Shown: one piece after another, positions 50,263-61,398 of the stretch
Layout: each line of letters opens with the position of its first letter
Position numbering within the stretch: position 1 is the stretch's first letter
Assembly (NCBI GenBank): GCA_963728565.1
Contig: CAVSLC010000011.1
Location: 159,799 to 223,798 of the forward strand
Direction of reading: 5' to 3'
Origin: an uncultured delta proteobacterium
Lineage (GTDB): Bacteria > Desulfobacterota > Binatia > UBA9968
Length of the DNA: 64,000 nt
Program-made: the position numbers and the translations under genes
Notes under the pieces: generated by a model
Seen by the model: only the letters and a program-made list of their open reading frames with translations
Database searches by the model: none
What the model was told of the DNA's origin: nothing

Positions 50263-50272
50263 GCGGTATCTC

Positions 50273-51276
50273 CTATTTCTTATAGAGTTGCTCGATAAAT
50301 CCGGAGCGGCGAATCTCTTCGACGACGCTGGCGTCCCAAAAATCTTTTTCGCCGAGCTTGGCGGCGCGAGGGTCGTCGAGGGCGGCCAATTCCAGGTGGA
50401 AGCGGATCGACTCTTGACTGGCGCGGAGGTCCTTCTCGAGACGGCGCGTGGTCTCGTCGTAAAGATAGCCCATGGCAATATATCGGAGTTCTGAAAATAT
50501 CTTTGCAAAATTTTCACGCTAGGGTCCTTGTGCTGCGCCATGTAATGAATGCCTTCCATGTAGCCTTTGAGGAAGTTGATCACCATGGCGCGGTTCTGTT
50601 TGAGCAACGCCTCGGTGGTGTTGATCCCTCCGCCCGGAGTTGCCACGTCGAACTTCTCGAGGACTTTCAAGCCATCGTTGCTGGCGATGAGATCCAACGG
50701 CGGGAAAAGCATCGTTCCCTGAATGACTCCCGCCTTTAAAGCGGATAATCGACCGCCCTCGCCGCCGCCGATGGGTAAGAACTTAACGTCTTCGTTCGGG
50801 TTGAGACCATGGTCGCGCAGCAGCTTGGCAAGCCGTATGTAACTCGCGTCGCGTCCGCGCGAGATGCCGAGCGTTTTTCCTTTCAAGTCGCGCACCGACT
50901 GGATATTGTGCTGGGTAAGCAGGGACGAGCCGAGCGTGTTCATCGTCACACCCAGTCGCACCACGGGTAGACCTTGCAAGCGCGCGGTGGTGACGCCCGT
51001 ATCGGATCCCATCAGAAATTGAACGCTGTTGCTGATCAGTGCCGGGACGGCGCGCGCGCCGCCGCTGACGAGAATGGTTTCCACGTCCAAGCCATATTTC
51101 CGCCAGATCCCCGCCTCCGCGGTTATCCACGAAGGCGTCAGGCCGGGAGCCACCGCAGGGTAGGCGACTCGGATCTTTTCGGCGGCGCGAGCCGGGCTTG
51201 CGCCGAACCATAAACCACACGCAATCGCGATCAAAAGCAGTGAGAGACGCTGTCCAGTAAGCGCCCAGTGTGTCAT
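50273..51276 (-). CDS. NitT/TauT substrate-binding protein (frameshift near 50480)
   Basis: GIWRKYGLDVE, DLKGKTLG; C-terminus FWDASVVEEIRRSGFIEQLY in ORF 50273-50473. Confidence 0.85.
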
Positions 51277-51411
51277 TTCGAACGAAGCGAGAGATCCTTC
51301 TTTTCTGAAGCGACACGGCATCGGAAAAATCTCTCGCCGTGCTTGACGTGGCACCGACAAGATTGGATTCCCACGAGAGCGTTTGCCATTCTGAAGAACG
51401 CTTCGTGCCAT

Positions 51412-52260
51412 CTAAAACCACCTTCCTGTGAGAAAATGATTGATGTTTCTCTGCACCATGCGCGTCTTGCCGAATGACGCGTAGGTTCCGCTCAGCATGT
51501 GTCGGGCCACGTCTTCAGCGTTTTGACGGCCGGCTTTGACTTCGACCATGCGGCCGTGAAAATCCTCCAGGTAGTCGTACATCTTTTTGAAATAGGCTTT
51601 GCCAGCCTGCTCGCCCTCCACCGCCGGACCATGGCCGGGGAGGAGTTGCTTATAATGGCTTTCGAAGAGCGACTTCAAGGCCGTCAGCCAGTTGGGGATA
51701 TTGCCAAAGAACGTCACAGGGTGAACTTCCGTGTAGAGCAGGTCGCCGGCGAGGAAAATTTCTTCCTCTTCAAAAAAAATCGTCGTATCGCCTCTGCTGT
51801 GGCTGTGGCCGTTCTCGGCGCAATATCTGAGATGCAGCGTCACACCCGGCAAGGCGATTTTTGTTGAATCGCGGAACACGACGTCGGGCAACGTCAAGCA
51901 GAGGCCGGGGAAGCGCTCGTAAAGCTCCGGCACCGGCTTCATCATGCGCTCGAAATCCGGCCCGCCCTCGTCGCGCATGGCAGCGGCGCAGCCGGCGCTG
52001 GCGACGACGGGTATGCCGCGCTGAGCAAAATAAAAATTCGCCGAGGTGTGGTCGAAGTGCTCGTGGGTGTCGATGAGATAGCTGATTTTAGAACAGCCGG
52101 TTAGCTGCAGCGCTTCTTCGATCTCGTCAATGCGGCGGATATCGGCGTCGATGAGCGCGGCGCTGCTGTCGCTTCCTTTGACGATGCCGAAGTTGGTCGA
52201 GCCTTCCGGGCCGATCATGGCATACACGGATCGACTTAATTGTTTGATTGTGGATTCCAT
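51412..52260 (-). CDS. Metallo-beta-lactamase-fold hydrolase (cyclase-like)
   Basis: THEHFDH, HSRGD, AGDL, PGHG. Confidence 0.9.
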   Translation of the reverse strand: MESTIKQLSRSVYAMIGPEGSTNFGIVKGSDSSAALIDADIRRIDEIEEALQLTGCSKISYLIDTHEHFDHTSANFYFAQRGIPVVASAGCAAAMRDEGGPDFERMMKPVPELYERFPGLCLTLPDVVFRDSTKIALPGVTLHLRYCAENGHSHSRGDTTIFFEEEEIFLAGDLLYTEVHPVTFFGNIPNWLTALKSLFESHYKQLLPGHGPAVEGEQAGKAYFKKMYDYLEDFHGRMVEVKAGRQNAEDVARHMLSGTYASFGKTRMVQRNINHFLTGRWF

Positions 52261-52374
52261 AGCTCCCTCGATTTATCCGAGTCGCCGCGGGGTTTCAAGC
52301 GTCGGAAGCGGTTGACCGCGAGGAGCGGCGGTGTTATTCGCGTATAAAATTCGAAGCCAAGAAAGGGCTTGTTC

Positions 52375-53151
52375 ATGATCAAGGAAGGCAAGTTTACTTT
52401 GTTGGAAAAACGCGGCGCAGTGGCGAAGATTACGATCAATCGACCGGATAAGAGAAATGCTTTGAGTCGGGATACGATACGAGAGATGCTCAGCGCTCTT
52501 GAAGAAATCCGTAACGACGATTCCATTGCAGTGGTTTTAACCTCGGGCGCTGGGGACATTGCTTACTGCGCCGGACGCGATTTGTCCGAGTTTCCCACCG
52601 AGGGCGGCGCCGCCGTGGAACCGGAGCGCCGGGCCCAGCCGCGAGCCTACCATGTAGCGGAAGCCATTAGAACTTTTCCGAAAGTCACTATTGCCGTCGT
52701 AAACGGCTTTTGCCTGGGAGCCGGTATCACAATTCTTTTGCCGCATGATCTTGCCATAGCCTCGGATCAAGCGCAGTTCGGCTTGCCTGAGATCAAGCGC
52801 GGTTTCCTGCCTTATCCGATCATTGCGACGATGTTCAAAACCCTTATTCCAACCAAATTGGCTTTTGAGTTGATCCTCACCGGCGAGAATTGGGACGCGA
52901 CAAAATCGATGGCAGCCGGGTTAATCAATCGCGTCGTGGCGCACAAGGAACTTGACCAGGCGGCATGGCAGTGGGGCGAAGAAATCGGCCGATTCGATCG
53001 GACAACTTTGAAATATTGTAAAATGGCAGCGCATGCTTCCATGGAGGCGACCAGCGTGCCACTGGCGGCGGAGATCGCGTGGTTGATGCAGGAAGAACAT
53101 AGCAGAGTGAATCCCAAAGCTTATGCCGGGACCAAGCAGTTTCACAAATAA
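52375..53151 (+). CDS. Enoyl-CoA hydratase/isomerase (crotonase) family
   Basis: NRPDKRNAL, YCAGRDL, VNGFCLGAG, FGLPEIKRG. Confidence 0.92.
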   Translation: MIKEGKFTLLEKRGAVAKITINRPDKRNALSRDTIREMLSALEEIRNDDSIAVVLTSGAGDIAYCAGRDLSEFPTEGGAAVEPERRAQPRAYHVAEAIRTFPKVTIAVVNGFCLGAGITILLPHDLAIASDQAQFGLPEIKRGFLPYPIIATMFKTLIPTKLAFELILTGENWDATKSMAAGLINRVVAHKELDQAAWQWGEEIGRFDRTTLKYCKMAAHASMEATSVPLAAEIAWLMQEEHSRVNPKAYAGTKQFHK

Positions 53152-53294
53152 ATTTGCGCGCGCCGCTCCATCTGCTGTGAATGGGGCGGGTACAAATAGA
53201 TCGCGTATGTCGTCGACCGCTACCTATGACGGAGCTGAAGGATAATCACGCTGCTTCGGACCAGGATTCGGCAATCGGGGTAAGAGAGGTTGCG

Positions 53295-54221
53295 ATGAGT
53301 ATCAAACTTGAAGGCATTCTTAGCGCCAATGTGACGCCGTTTAAAGAGAACTATGATCTGGACGAGCCTGGACTGCGCAAGCTGATTCGCTATCAAGCGG
53401 CGCCCGAGGGGATCAGCGCGATTGTCTGCAACGCCGGGGCAGGCGAGGGTGCGACGCTCACCCGTCAGGAGCGGGTCCGCATCATCGAAATCATCGGCGA
53501 GGAGATTGGCAACGATCAATGCATCGTCGCGGGTATCGAAGCGCTATCGACGTGCGAAGCTATCGACCAGGCCAAGGAAGCCAAAGCGGCGGGCGCTGCG
53601 GCCATCATGCTCACGCCGCCACATGTTTACGACTGGAGTTCGACCGCCAACCCGGAATTTGCGATTCAATACTTTCATGACGTCGCCAACGCAGTCGAGA
53701 TCCCGATCACGATTTTCCATTATCCGGCTTCAACGGCGTCAGGCTATTCATCGGATACAGCAATTCGGATTGCGCGTGAAGTAGAGAATGTGGCGGCCAT
53801 TAAAGTGGCGAGCGGCGCTAACATCAGGCGCTATGAGCAAGTCCTGCGCGGCATGCGCGCTTTGCCAAGGCGCGTCTCGGTTCTGGCGACGTCTTCTCTG
53901 TTTCAGCACTTCGTTACCGGCGCCGACGGCGCATTAACCGGTTTTGCTAACTTCGCGCCGCAGTTCTGCGTCGATCTCTACAACGCGGTCAAGGCAGGCG
54001 ATCTCGACAAAGCGCGTCGGTTGCACGAAATTAACTGGGCGCTCGAAGCGGCGGTCTACAAGGCGCCCAATGTTTACAAGCACAGCCGCTACAAGGTCGC
54101 GGCTTATTTTACCGGTCTGTTGGACAACATGATCGTGCGCGCGCCGCAAGTGCCCGTGCCCGAGGGTGAGGTGAAACTGATTCATGACGCCATGGAAAAA
54201 TTGGCAATGCTGAAGCGATGA
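53295..54221 (+). CDS. DHDPS-family aldolase-like protein
   Basis: VTPF, NAGAGEG..L, AIKVAS, GADGAL.G. Confidence 0.88.
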   Translation: MSIKLEGILSANVTPFKENYDLDEPGLRKLIRYQAAPEGISAIVCNAGAGEGATLTRQERVRIIEIIGEEIGNDQCIVAGIEALSTCEAIDQAKEAKAAGAAAIMLTPPHVYDWSSTANPEFAIQYFHDVANAVEIPITIFHYPASTASGYSSDTAIRIAREVENVAAIKVASGANIRRYEQVLRGMRALPRRVSVLATSSLFQHFVTGADGALTGFANFAPQFCVDLYNAVKAGDLDKARRLHEINWALEAAVYKAPNVYKHSRYKVAAYFTGLLDNMIVRAPQVPVPEGEVKLIHDAMEKLAMLKR

Positions 54222-54253
54222 TAGGGATTCACTTTCCACAGGAACGAAATGCA

Positions 54254-55219
54254 ATGAATAGATTGATCTGTATTGTTCTACTCGTTTGTGCCTTTATCCC
54301 GGTACCCGGATTTACCCAGGAACGCCGGAAAATCAGAATCTCTAATGCCAACTTAAGCTTTACCGCTCTGCCGTTGGTGGCGGCGCGCGAATGGAAGCTC
54401 TTCGACCAGCAAGGTCTCGACATCGAAGTGATCCTTATGCGCTCATCGGCTGCTGCCGCCGCTTTGGCCTCCGGTGACTTGGATTACCAATCCGGTATAG
54501 GAACTGCCTCAGTGAGCGCGACTCTGAGCGGGCTCGATGCGCGCGCGCTGTGGGCTTCGACGAGCAGGATTGTTTACTGGTTGATGGCAAGCCCTCAATT
54601 CAAAAGCGTGCGGGATTTGCGGCAGAAGAAAATCGGAGTGACGGGTCTTGGCGGCACGAGTCATGTAGCATTAACCGCGGCGCTGGAAAAGAGCGGTCTC
54701 GGCGCAAAAGATTACGTTGCCGTATCGGTGCCTTCGGCGCAGCTGGTGCAGGCTTTGGAGTCGAAGTTTGTCGATGCGGCATCGCTTAATCCGCCCTTTA
54801 TGTTTTTTGCCCAACGCCGCGGTCTCGCCAAGCTCTTGGACATCGGCGCTTTAGTAGAAATGCCGTCGGGCGGTCTCACGGCGCTGTCCAAAACGATTAA
54901 AACCAGACCGGATGAAGTGAAGCGGGTCGTGCGAGCGCTGCAAACGGCGAAGAGCATTATGCTCAAGTCGCGGGAGCGAACCTTGGATCTGATTACCCGC
55001 GTCCTCAAGATGGATAACGAGACAGCCGCGGATACTTACAAATTGGTCGAGTCGAACTTCAACGATACGGGAATCCCCTCACCCGAAGGCATGGCGAATA
55101 TTGTCAAGGCGATCAAAGCTGAAGGCAGGTTCACGGATAGAAATGTCGCTTTTGAAGAAGTCGCCGATCCGCGCTTCGCCATCGAAGTCGCTAAGGAGTT
55201 AGGCTACAAAGTGCCATGA
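54254..55219 (+). CDS. NitT/TauT substrate-binding protein
   Basis: Signal peptide, LFDQQGLDIE, DLRQKKIGVT. Confidence 0.88.
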   Translation: MNRLICIVLLVCAFIPVPGFTQERRKIRISNANLSFTALPLVAAREWKLFDQQGLDIEVILMRSSAAAAALASGDLDYQSGIGTASVSATLSGLDARALWASTSRIVYWLMASPQFKSVRDLRQKKIGVTGLGGTSHVALTAALEKSGLGAKDYVAVSVPSAQLVQALESKFVDAASLNPPFMFFAQRRGLAKLLDIGALVEMPSGGLTALSKTIKTRPDEVKRVVRALQTAKSIMLKSRERTLDLITRVLKMDNETAADTYKLVESNFNDTGIPSPEGMANIVKAIKAEGRFTDRNVAFEEVADPRFAIEVAKELGYKVP

Positions 55220-55238
55220 CCTTGCATGACATTCCGAG

Positions 55239-56186
55239 TTAATTTCCCACCGGCGCGAACAATTCACCGAGCGTCGGGCGTCCGGGAATATAACCTTGCT
55301 CGTGCGCATACTGAACGAATTTCTCGAGCACGACTTGATTCTGCACGGTTAACCCGTGCGACCAGGGATTGTCGCCAAAAACCGCCTCCTCTTCCTCTAG
55401 AATAAGGACCGCGCTGGGGAAGGCCAAGCGCTTGGCATATTCGTAGGATTTCCGGCAGCGTTCCTCCGCTTGATTAAAAGCGTCGAGAAGGCTTGAGACG
55501 AGCCATGGATTTTGATCGAAGAGCGATTGGCGTACGACCAAAGTGTGCGTGATCGGAAAAATTTTCGTCCTGCGGAAGTAGTCGTTTACTGTATCGCGGG
55601 GATCTTTGAAGAGCCGGCGAATGCGAGGATCCTTGGCTCGAAAAGAGGGCACGATATTCGGCGGGATGAGCGCGTCTATTTCACCGTCGAGGAGCATAGC
55701 TTCCGCGGACTTATAAGCTATGGTGATACTGACATTGGCCGGAGGCTGGTATCCCGCGCCCTCGGGCTCGGATGTGACCCAGTCGCACTCCTCCGGGCGC
55801 ACCCCGTAGTGTTCTTGGAGAATACCCCGCGCCCACAGACCGACGGTCAGACGGTACTGATCCATGCCGATTCTTTTGCCTTTCAAATCCTCCGGCCTCT
55901 CGATTGCCGATGCTGGCGAGCAAAAAACATACGGGTGAATCTGCATGCGCAGCGGAAAGATCGGCAATGCGATTACCGGTTCATTGCGGCAGCGCGCCAT
56001 CATATACCATGAGAGTGACATCTCGGCGATATCGAACTCCTCATAAACCGGGCGCATGCAGGCCTCGCCGGTTTCAGCGCGCCGCGGCTGCAGCTTGATG
56101 CCGCGGGCCGTGACGTCACCCTCAAGAATAGGGCGTGTGCGGTGATAATCGGCCAGTAGCAGAGTCAGTTTCATTTCCCGGGTCAT
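55239..56186 (-). CDS. 4,5-dihydroxyphthalate decarboxylase (Pht5/OphC)-like protein
   Basis: Y.RT.PI..G.V, FDIAEMSLS, PIFP.R, DLKGKRIG..Y..T..W.RGIL...YGV, IFPITH, Y.HEQG. Confidence 0.82.
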   Translation of the reverse strand: MTREMKLTLLLADYHRTRPILEGDVTARGIKLQPRRAETGEACMRPVYEEFDIAEMSLSWYMMARCRNEPVIALPIFPLRMQIHPYVFCSPASAIERPEDLKGKRIGMDQYRLTVGLWARGILQEHYGVRPEECDWVTSEPEGAGYQPPANVSITIAYKSAEAMLLDGEIDALIPPNIVPSFRAKDPRIRRLFKDPRDTVNDYFRRTKIFPITHTLVVRQSLFDQNPWLVSSLLDAFNQAEERCRKSYEYAKRLAFPSAVLILEEEEAVFGDNPWSHGLTVQNQVVLEKFVQYAHEQGYIPGRPTLGELFAPVGN

Positions 56187-56205
56187 GTTAGCTCCTTTAT
56201 CTCCT

Positions 56206-57186
56206 TCAATGGCTCTGGCCGAGGGCTTTGGTCAAAAATTGTTGGGTGAAGAACTTATCCGGGCCGCCGAGTTTTTTTGCTTCGGCTTCGATTCGCGTCG
56301 CGCTGATGAGCGCGTCGATATCTTTTCTTGAGATCGAGGTCGAGTAAAGGTCGGCGAACTGGTTGATCACTCGCCGCACCATTGCCGGATCGCCGAAGGT
56401 ATTTTTGTTGATGACCACTTCCGCGACCTTTTCACGGCTCTTTTTGAGAAATTCAAGTCCGCGATTGATTGCGCGCAGTAGCGCAACGATCCCATCGGGA
56501 TCGTTATCGATCTTTTGTTTGCCAGACGCGATCACCACGAACGGAAACCCGGGGATAGCCTCGCCGATGTCGAAAATGGCCGGAAACCCTTTTTTCTCGA
56601 GCTCCAATCTTTCCAAGAAAGAGAACGGCGACGCCTGGATTTTGCCGATTTCCAAAGCCTGGGCGCGGGCGGGACTGTTGCCGACACCGTAAAGAATTTT
56701 GTAATCCCGGTCGCGCAGCATGCCTTTTTTTGCGAGGCCTTCCACAGCCGCGAATTCGGCAACGCCGCCCGGACCGGTGACACCAACGACCTTGCCCTTG
56801 AGATCGTTCACCGTGCTGAGCCCTTTGGCGCCGATGAGCGTGTAGTCCATGTAAGGTTGCATGCCGCTGATGATGAGCATCGGCGCATTCTGCGCGATAG
56901 CACGTACCGCCGCTACTCCGGCGACAAACGTGTAATCGACGCCGCCCCCGACCAGCGCGGCCATCGCGGTGGGGCCGCCTCGTATAAATACCGTTTTTAC
57001 TTCCAAACCTTCGGCGGCAAAAAAACCGAAGTCCTGCGCCACGACAATCGGCAGCGTCCCGCTCAAGGTGGGGGTGTTGTAAGCGAAGTTGACCGTTTTG
57101 GCCGAAACATGGGCCGACCAAAAGATCGCGCTCACGACCAGACAGTAAACTAACGTTACCATTCTCCCGGCCGGAAAGTGGGTCAT
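56206..57186 (-). CDS. NitT/TauT substrate-binding protein
   Basis: VAQDFGFFAAEGLEV, DLKGKVVGV. Confidence 0.9.
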   Translation of the reverse strand: MTHFPAGRMVTLVYCLVVSAIFWSAHVSAKTVNFAYNTPTLSGTLPIVVAQDFGFFAAEGLEVKTVFIRGGPTAMAALVGGGVDYTFVAGVAAVRAIAQNAPMLIISGMQPYMDYTLIGAKGLSTVNDLKGKVVGVTGPGGVAEFAAVEGLAKKGMLRDRDYKILYGVGNSPARAQALEIGKIQASPFSFLERLELEKKGFPAIFDIGEAIPGFPFVVIASGKQKIDNDPDGIVALLRAINRGLEFLKKSREKVAEVVINKNTFGDPAMVRRVINQFADLYSTSISRKDIDALISATRIEAEAKKLGGPDKFFTQQFLTKALGQSH

Positions 57187-57189
57187 TTA

Positions 57190-58141
57190 TTATTTACCAA
57201 CGCTTTCCAAAAATTTCTCTTGTTTCAATCGATCGACGATGGAGCTGTCGACGAACTCTTTGGGATCGCGGCGGCCATGGTCGGGATTTTCCGTTGCCAG
57301 GTTTTCCAGAATGAGGCGCACGCCGTCGAGCGTGGGGTAGGGCAGATCGGGAAAGAGCGCCACGTTGAAGTTGTATTCGATGGAAACAAGATTCGCGATC
57401 AGTGAGTTTCATGTATTTGGAAATTATCCGCTCGCTCTCTGATCGGTTGCGTTTCATAAAAGACACGGCTTCGGTGACGGCTTTGACATAACGATAGGCC
57501 AGGTCTCGATTTGCTTCGAGCCAAGTTTCATGCACCACTACGGAGGTCCACGGAAACGGAATTGCCATCTGCTTAGCCGTGGCCAAGACTGTCAATCCTT
57601 GTTTTCGTGCCTGCTCGCTTGCCGCTGCGCCGAGAAACGTATACTGAACCTTGCCGGTTGTCAGGCCGGTCAAGCGGCCGCTATCGCCGCCGAGTTGCAG
57701 TAGCTTGAGATCGCTCTCGCTCAGCCCGTTTTTGCGGAACAGATAACGGAGTCCTTGATGCGAAGACGACGCAAAGCGAGAAACCGCGCCCACTTTTCCT
57801 TTTAGATCGGCGATGCTCTTTATATCCGGATGGCTCACCAAATTTGAGGCGAGCACCGTCAGCGGATTCGCGATGGTCACTAACTTCGGGCCGCGCAGCC
57901 GAGCTTCCAATGCAGCGGGACCGCCGGCGGCGAACTGAACCGTGTTACCGACCAGCGCTTGTACGTTCAGTGAGCCGCTGCTGATAAACACCAGATCGGC
58001 TTCGATGCCGTATTTGGCAAAAAATCCCCGGTCCTGAGCAACCCAGAGCGGTGACTGGCTGGCATTCACCGCCGCGTAGGATGCCTTAACTCGATCGGTG
58101 GCGTCCACCGCTGACTCAAGGAAACCAACCGCTAACAACAA
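57190..58141 (-). CDS. NitT/TauT substrate-binding protein (frameshift near 57390; 5' end possibly truncated)
   Basis: WVAQDRGFFAKYG, DLKGK; C-terminus PYPTLDGVRLIL...FVDSSIVDRLKQEKF in another frame; no in-frame ATG upstream. Confidence 0.8.
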
Positions 58142-58207
58142 AAGTATCGCAAGCGCTCGGCGCGCGCCGGGTGGGACACCGAGTACTAAGTCTTTAGCGA
58201 GATAACG

Positions 58208-58234
58208 GCCCCGCTTCGGCGGGGCTTATTTTTT
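58208..58234 (+). terminator. Terminator-like hairpin upstream of the hemerythrin gene
   Basis: GCCCCGC-TTCG-GCGGGGC-TTATTTTTT. Confidence 0.75.
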
Positions 58235-58255
58235 CACCTACGAGGAGAAGCAGTA

Positions 58256-58789
58256 ATGGCCACAAAAAAGGCTGCAAAGAGACCGGCGAAGAAGTCGGCC
58301 AAGACGACGTCACGTGCGGCCAAAGTTCCAAAGACAGAGGCCATCAGCCAACTTACGGCCGATCACGCGCGCGTCAAGAAAATGTTCAAGCAGTACGAAC
58401 GGCTTGCGAAGGCCGAGGCTGGCGACAGCGAAAAGCAGCAGCTCGCCTCGATGATCTGTGCTGAGTTGACCGCGCATGCGATGGCCGAAGAAGAAATCTT
58501 CTATCCGGCTGCTCGCTCGGTGCTTGACGAGCCGGACTTGATTGACGAGGCCGACGTCGAGCATGCAAGCGCCAAAGAGCTGATCGCGCAAATCGAAGGG
58601 TCATCACCTTCAGACGATCACTACGACGCAAAGGTCAAGGTGCTCGGCGAATACATTAACCATCACGTCGAAGAGGAAGAAGGCGAGATGTTCCCGAAAG
58701 TCCGCAAAGCGAAGCTCGAAACTGTCGCACTGGGCGAGCAAATTGCTCAACGCAAGGCGCAAATCATGCAGAAGAAGGGTATGGCTTAG
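58256..58789 (+). CDS. Hemerythrin/HHE-domain protein
   Basis: L..DH..VKKMF, HAMAEEEIFYP, VEH..AK, HHVEEEE.EMFP. Confidence 0.93.
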   Translation: MATKKAAKRPAKKSAKTTSRAAKVPKTEAISQLTADHARVKKMFKQYERLAKAEAGDSEKQQLASMICAELTAHAMAEEEIFYPAARSVLDEPDLIDEADVEHASAKELIAQIEGSSPSDDHYDAKVKVLGEYINHHVEEEEGEMFPKVRKAKLETVALGEQIAQRKAQIMQKKGMA

Positions 58790-58813
58790 TCCGAGAGGCG
58801 GGCCAGATCCGAC

Positions 58814-58840
58814 AGCGGCACGCATGTGCCGCTTTTTTTT
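58814..58840 (+). terminator. Terminator-like hairpin
   Basis: AGCGGCAC-GCAT-GTGCCGCT followed by a T-run. Confidence 0.75.
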
Positions 58841-58860
58841 CACCCAATACAGGGAAACAG

Positions 58861-61372
58861 ATGGCTACAAAGCGCTCCGGCAGTAAATCCCCCCCGCCAC
58901 CTCAAGACAAGCCGAGCAAACCCGCCGCGGGCGGTTCGGATAAGTCAACAGTCAGCGGTCCGTCGGCGCGAACGCCTGCACGCGCTTCAAAAGGGTTGGT
59001 CTCCCGTGCAGCGTCTGCGCTGCTCGACGGCATGAAGAGCAGCGACCCTGATGTGCGCTCTGAAGCAGCCGCTGGCCGGCTCGCCGGAAAGATGGCCGGC
59101 ACCGATGAGATGAGCCGAGCATTTCGCTTTCAACACCATCAAGCCTGCAGAGTTTGGCCGCAAGGGCGCGCTGAATCCGCCGCAGGGGCAGAGTGCGGAC
59201 GCGCCGTCGACCGATGTTTCCGCGAGCACGATTACCGAGACAAACAGCAACGACAAGACCGGCGATGCAGCCGACGCCGGCGAGAATCCAAATAACGCGC
59301 CGCTTGAAAAAGTTCGCGTCGACTCTGCGGGTCGCGCGCTGACGACCAATCAGGGCGTCGCGATCGCCGACAACCAGAATTCATTGAAGGCTGGCTTGCG
59401 CGGGCCGACGCTGCTCGAAGACTTCATCCTGCGCGACAAGATCACGCACTTTGATCACGAGCGCATTCCCGAACGCGTCGTTCACGCCCGCGGCTCGGCG
59501 GCACACGGATTTTTCGAGTGCTACGAGGCCCTGACGGATCTGACGATGGCCGCGCCGTTCGCGGAAGCGGGAAAACGCACGCCGGTATTCGTGCGCTTTT
59601 CGACCGTCGCCGGTGAACGCGGCTCGTTCGACCTCGCGCGCGACGTGCGGGGTTTTGCCGTCAAGTTTTATACCGATCAAGGCAACTGGGATCTGGTCGG
59701 CAACAACATTCCGGTCTTCTTCATTCAGGATCCGATGAAATTTCCGGACCTGGTGCATGCGGTGAAGCCCGAGCCGCATCATGCGATGCCGCAGGCAGCA
59801 AGCGCGCACGATACGTTCTGGGACTTCGCGAGCCTGATGCCGGAGATCACGCACATGCTGATGTGGGTGATGTCGGATCGAGCGATCCCGCGCAGCTATC
59901 GAATGATGCAGGGCTTCGGCGTTCATACATTCCGCCTCGTCAACGCAAGCGGCGAGTCGGTGTTCGTCAAGTTTCACTGGAGCCCGATGCTCGGCACGCA
60001 TTCGGTCGTGTGGGACGAGGCGGTCAAGATCAACGGCGCTGATCCCGACTTTCATCGGCGTGATCTGTGGGAAGCGATCGAGGGCGGCGCGTATCCGGAG
60101 TACGAGCTCGCGCTGCAGATCTTTACCGAGGAACAGGCCGAGGGCTTCAGCTTCGATGTGCTCGACTCGACCAAGATCATTCCCGAAGAACTGGTGCCGC
60201 TGCGACCCGGTCGGCAGAATGGTGCTGAATCGAAATCCGGACAACTTCTTTGCCGAAACCGAGCAGGTCGCTTTCTGCACGCAGCACGTCGTCCCCGGCA
60301 TTGACTTCAGCAACGATCCCTTGCTGCAAGGTCGAAATTTTTCTTACCACGACACGCAGTTGACTCGACTCGGCGGGCCCAACTTTCACGAGATTCCGAT
60401 CAATGCGTCGGTTGCGCAGGTCCATAACAATCAGCGCGACGGATTTCATCGGCAAGCGATCCCGAGAGGCCGCGTCGCTTACGAGCCGAATTCACTGGGC
60501 GGAGGATGTCCATTCCAGGCGGGAAAACTGGGATTCATATCGTTCCCGGAGCCTATTCAAGGCGACAAGCTGCGTGGCAAGCCGGAAAAGTTCGCTGACC
60601 ACTACACGCAGGCCGCGCTTTTCTTAACAGCCAGACCGCGGTCGAGCAGAACCATATCGTCGAAGCTTTTCGATTTGAATTGACAAAGGTGCAGACGCCG
60701 GCAGTCCGGGCGCGGATGGTTGCTGGCTTGCTCAATGTCGATCGCGATCTTGCATCGCGCGTTGCTCAGGGCCTTGGCATCGATCTGCCCGAGCCATTGC
60801 CGAGCGTTCTTGCGAAGCCTGCGACTCCCGAAGTGACCAGCTCAGGCGCGCTGTCGCTGTTCTCGCGCCCCGGAGATGGCTCGATTCGCACCCGCAAGGT
60901 CGCTTTGATTGTTGCCAATGGCGTCGATGCGGAAGAGCTGCAATCCGTCTATGACGCATTGACTGAGCAGGGCGCGGTCGCGGTGTATGTCGGCCACCGC
61001 CTGGGCACAGTGCAATCCATCTCAGGCGAGGCGATCGAGGTCGAAATCACGATGGAGACGGCGCCTGCGGTGTTGTTCGACGCGCTGGTGTTGCCGAGCG
61101 GAAAGACAGCGATCGAAACGCTTGGCAACAGCGGCCAGGCGATGGAGTTCATGAAACTTCAGTACCGCCATTGCAAGCCGATCCTGGCGCTCGCAGGGCG
61201 CGAGCGCGCTGCTTGAGGGGGCAGGTATTTCGCCACACTGCCCGACGGCAGCGATGACCCAGGGTTGCTGATCGTGGAGGAACAGGACGCTGCAACGGTC
61301 GCGGACGCATTTGTCCGCGCGATCGCACGGCATCGGCACTTCGAACGTCAAATGGATCCACCAATGGTCTAG
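58861..61372 (+). CDS. katE: Large-subunit catalase HPII (several frameshifts)
   Basis: [40 protein letters not shown] and a C-terminal DJ-1-like domain (RHCKPI), spread over at least four frames. Confidence 0.93.
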
Positions 61373-61398
61373 GCAATTCAAACTTGATGGAGACAACT

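Noticed and set aside
51271-51335. TGTCATTTCGAACGAAGCGAGAGATCC, resembling a dispersed palindromic repeat
   Set aside because: Single degenerate copy in the window; cannot be supported without the rest of the genome.
49828-51411. Apparent 527-aa SBP-UbiD fusion in the ORF track
   Set aside because: Artefact of a frameshift near 50480; the SBP ends at 50273 and UbiD starts separately at 50262.
59381-60313. 310-aa minus-strand ORF (and likewise 62021-62836)
   Set aside because: Antisense shadows of katE and kaiC.
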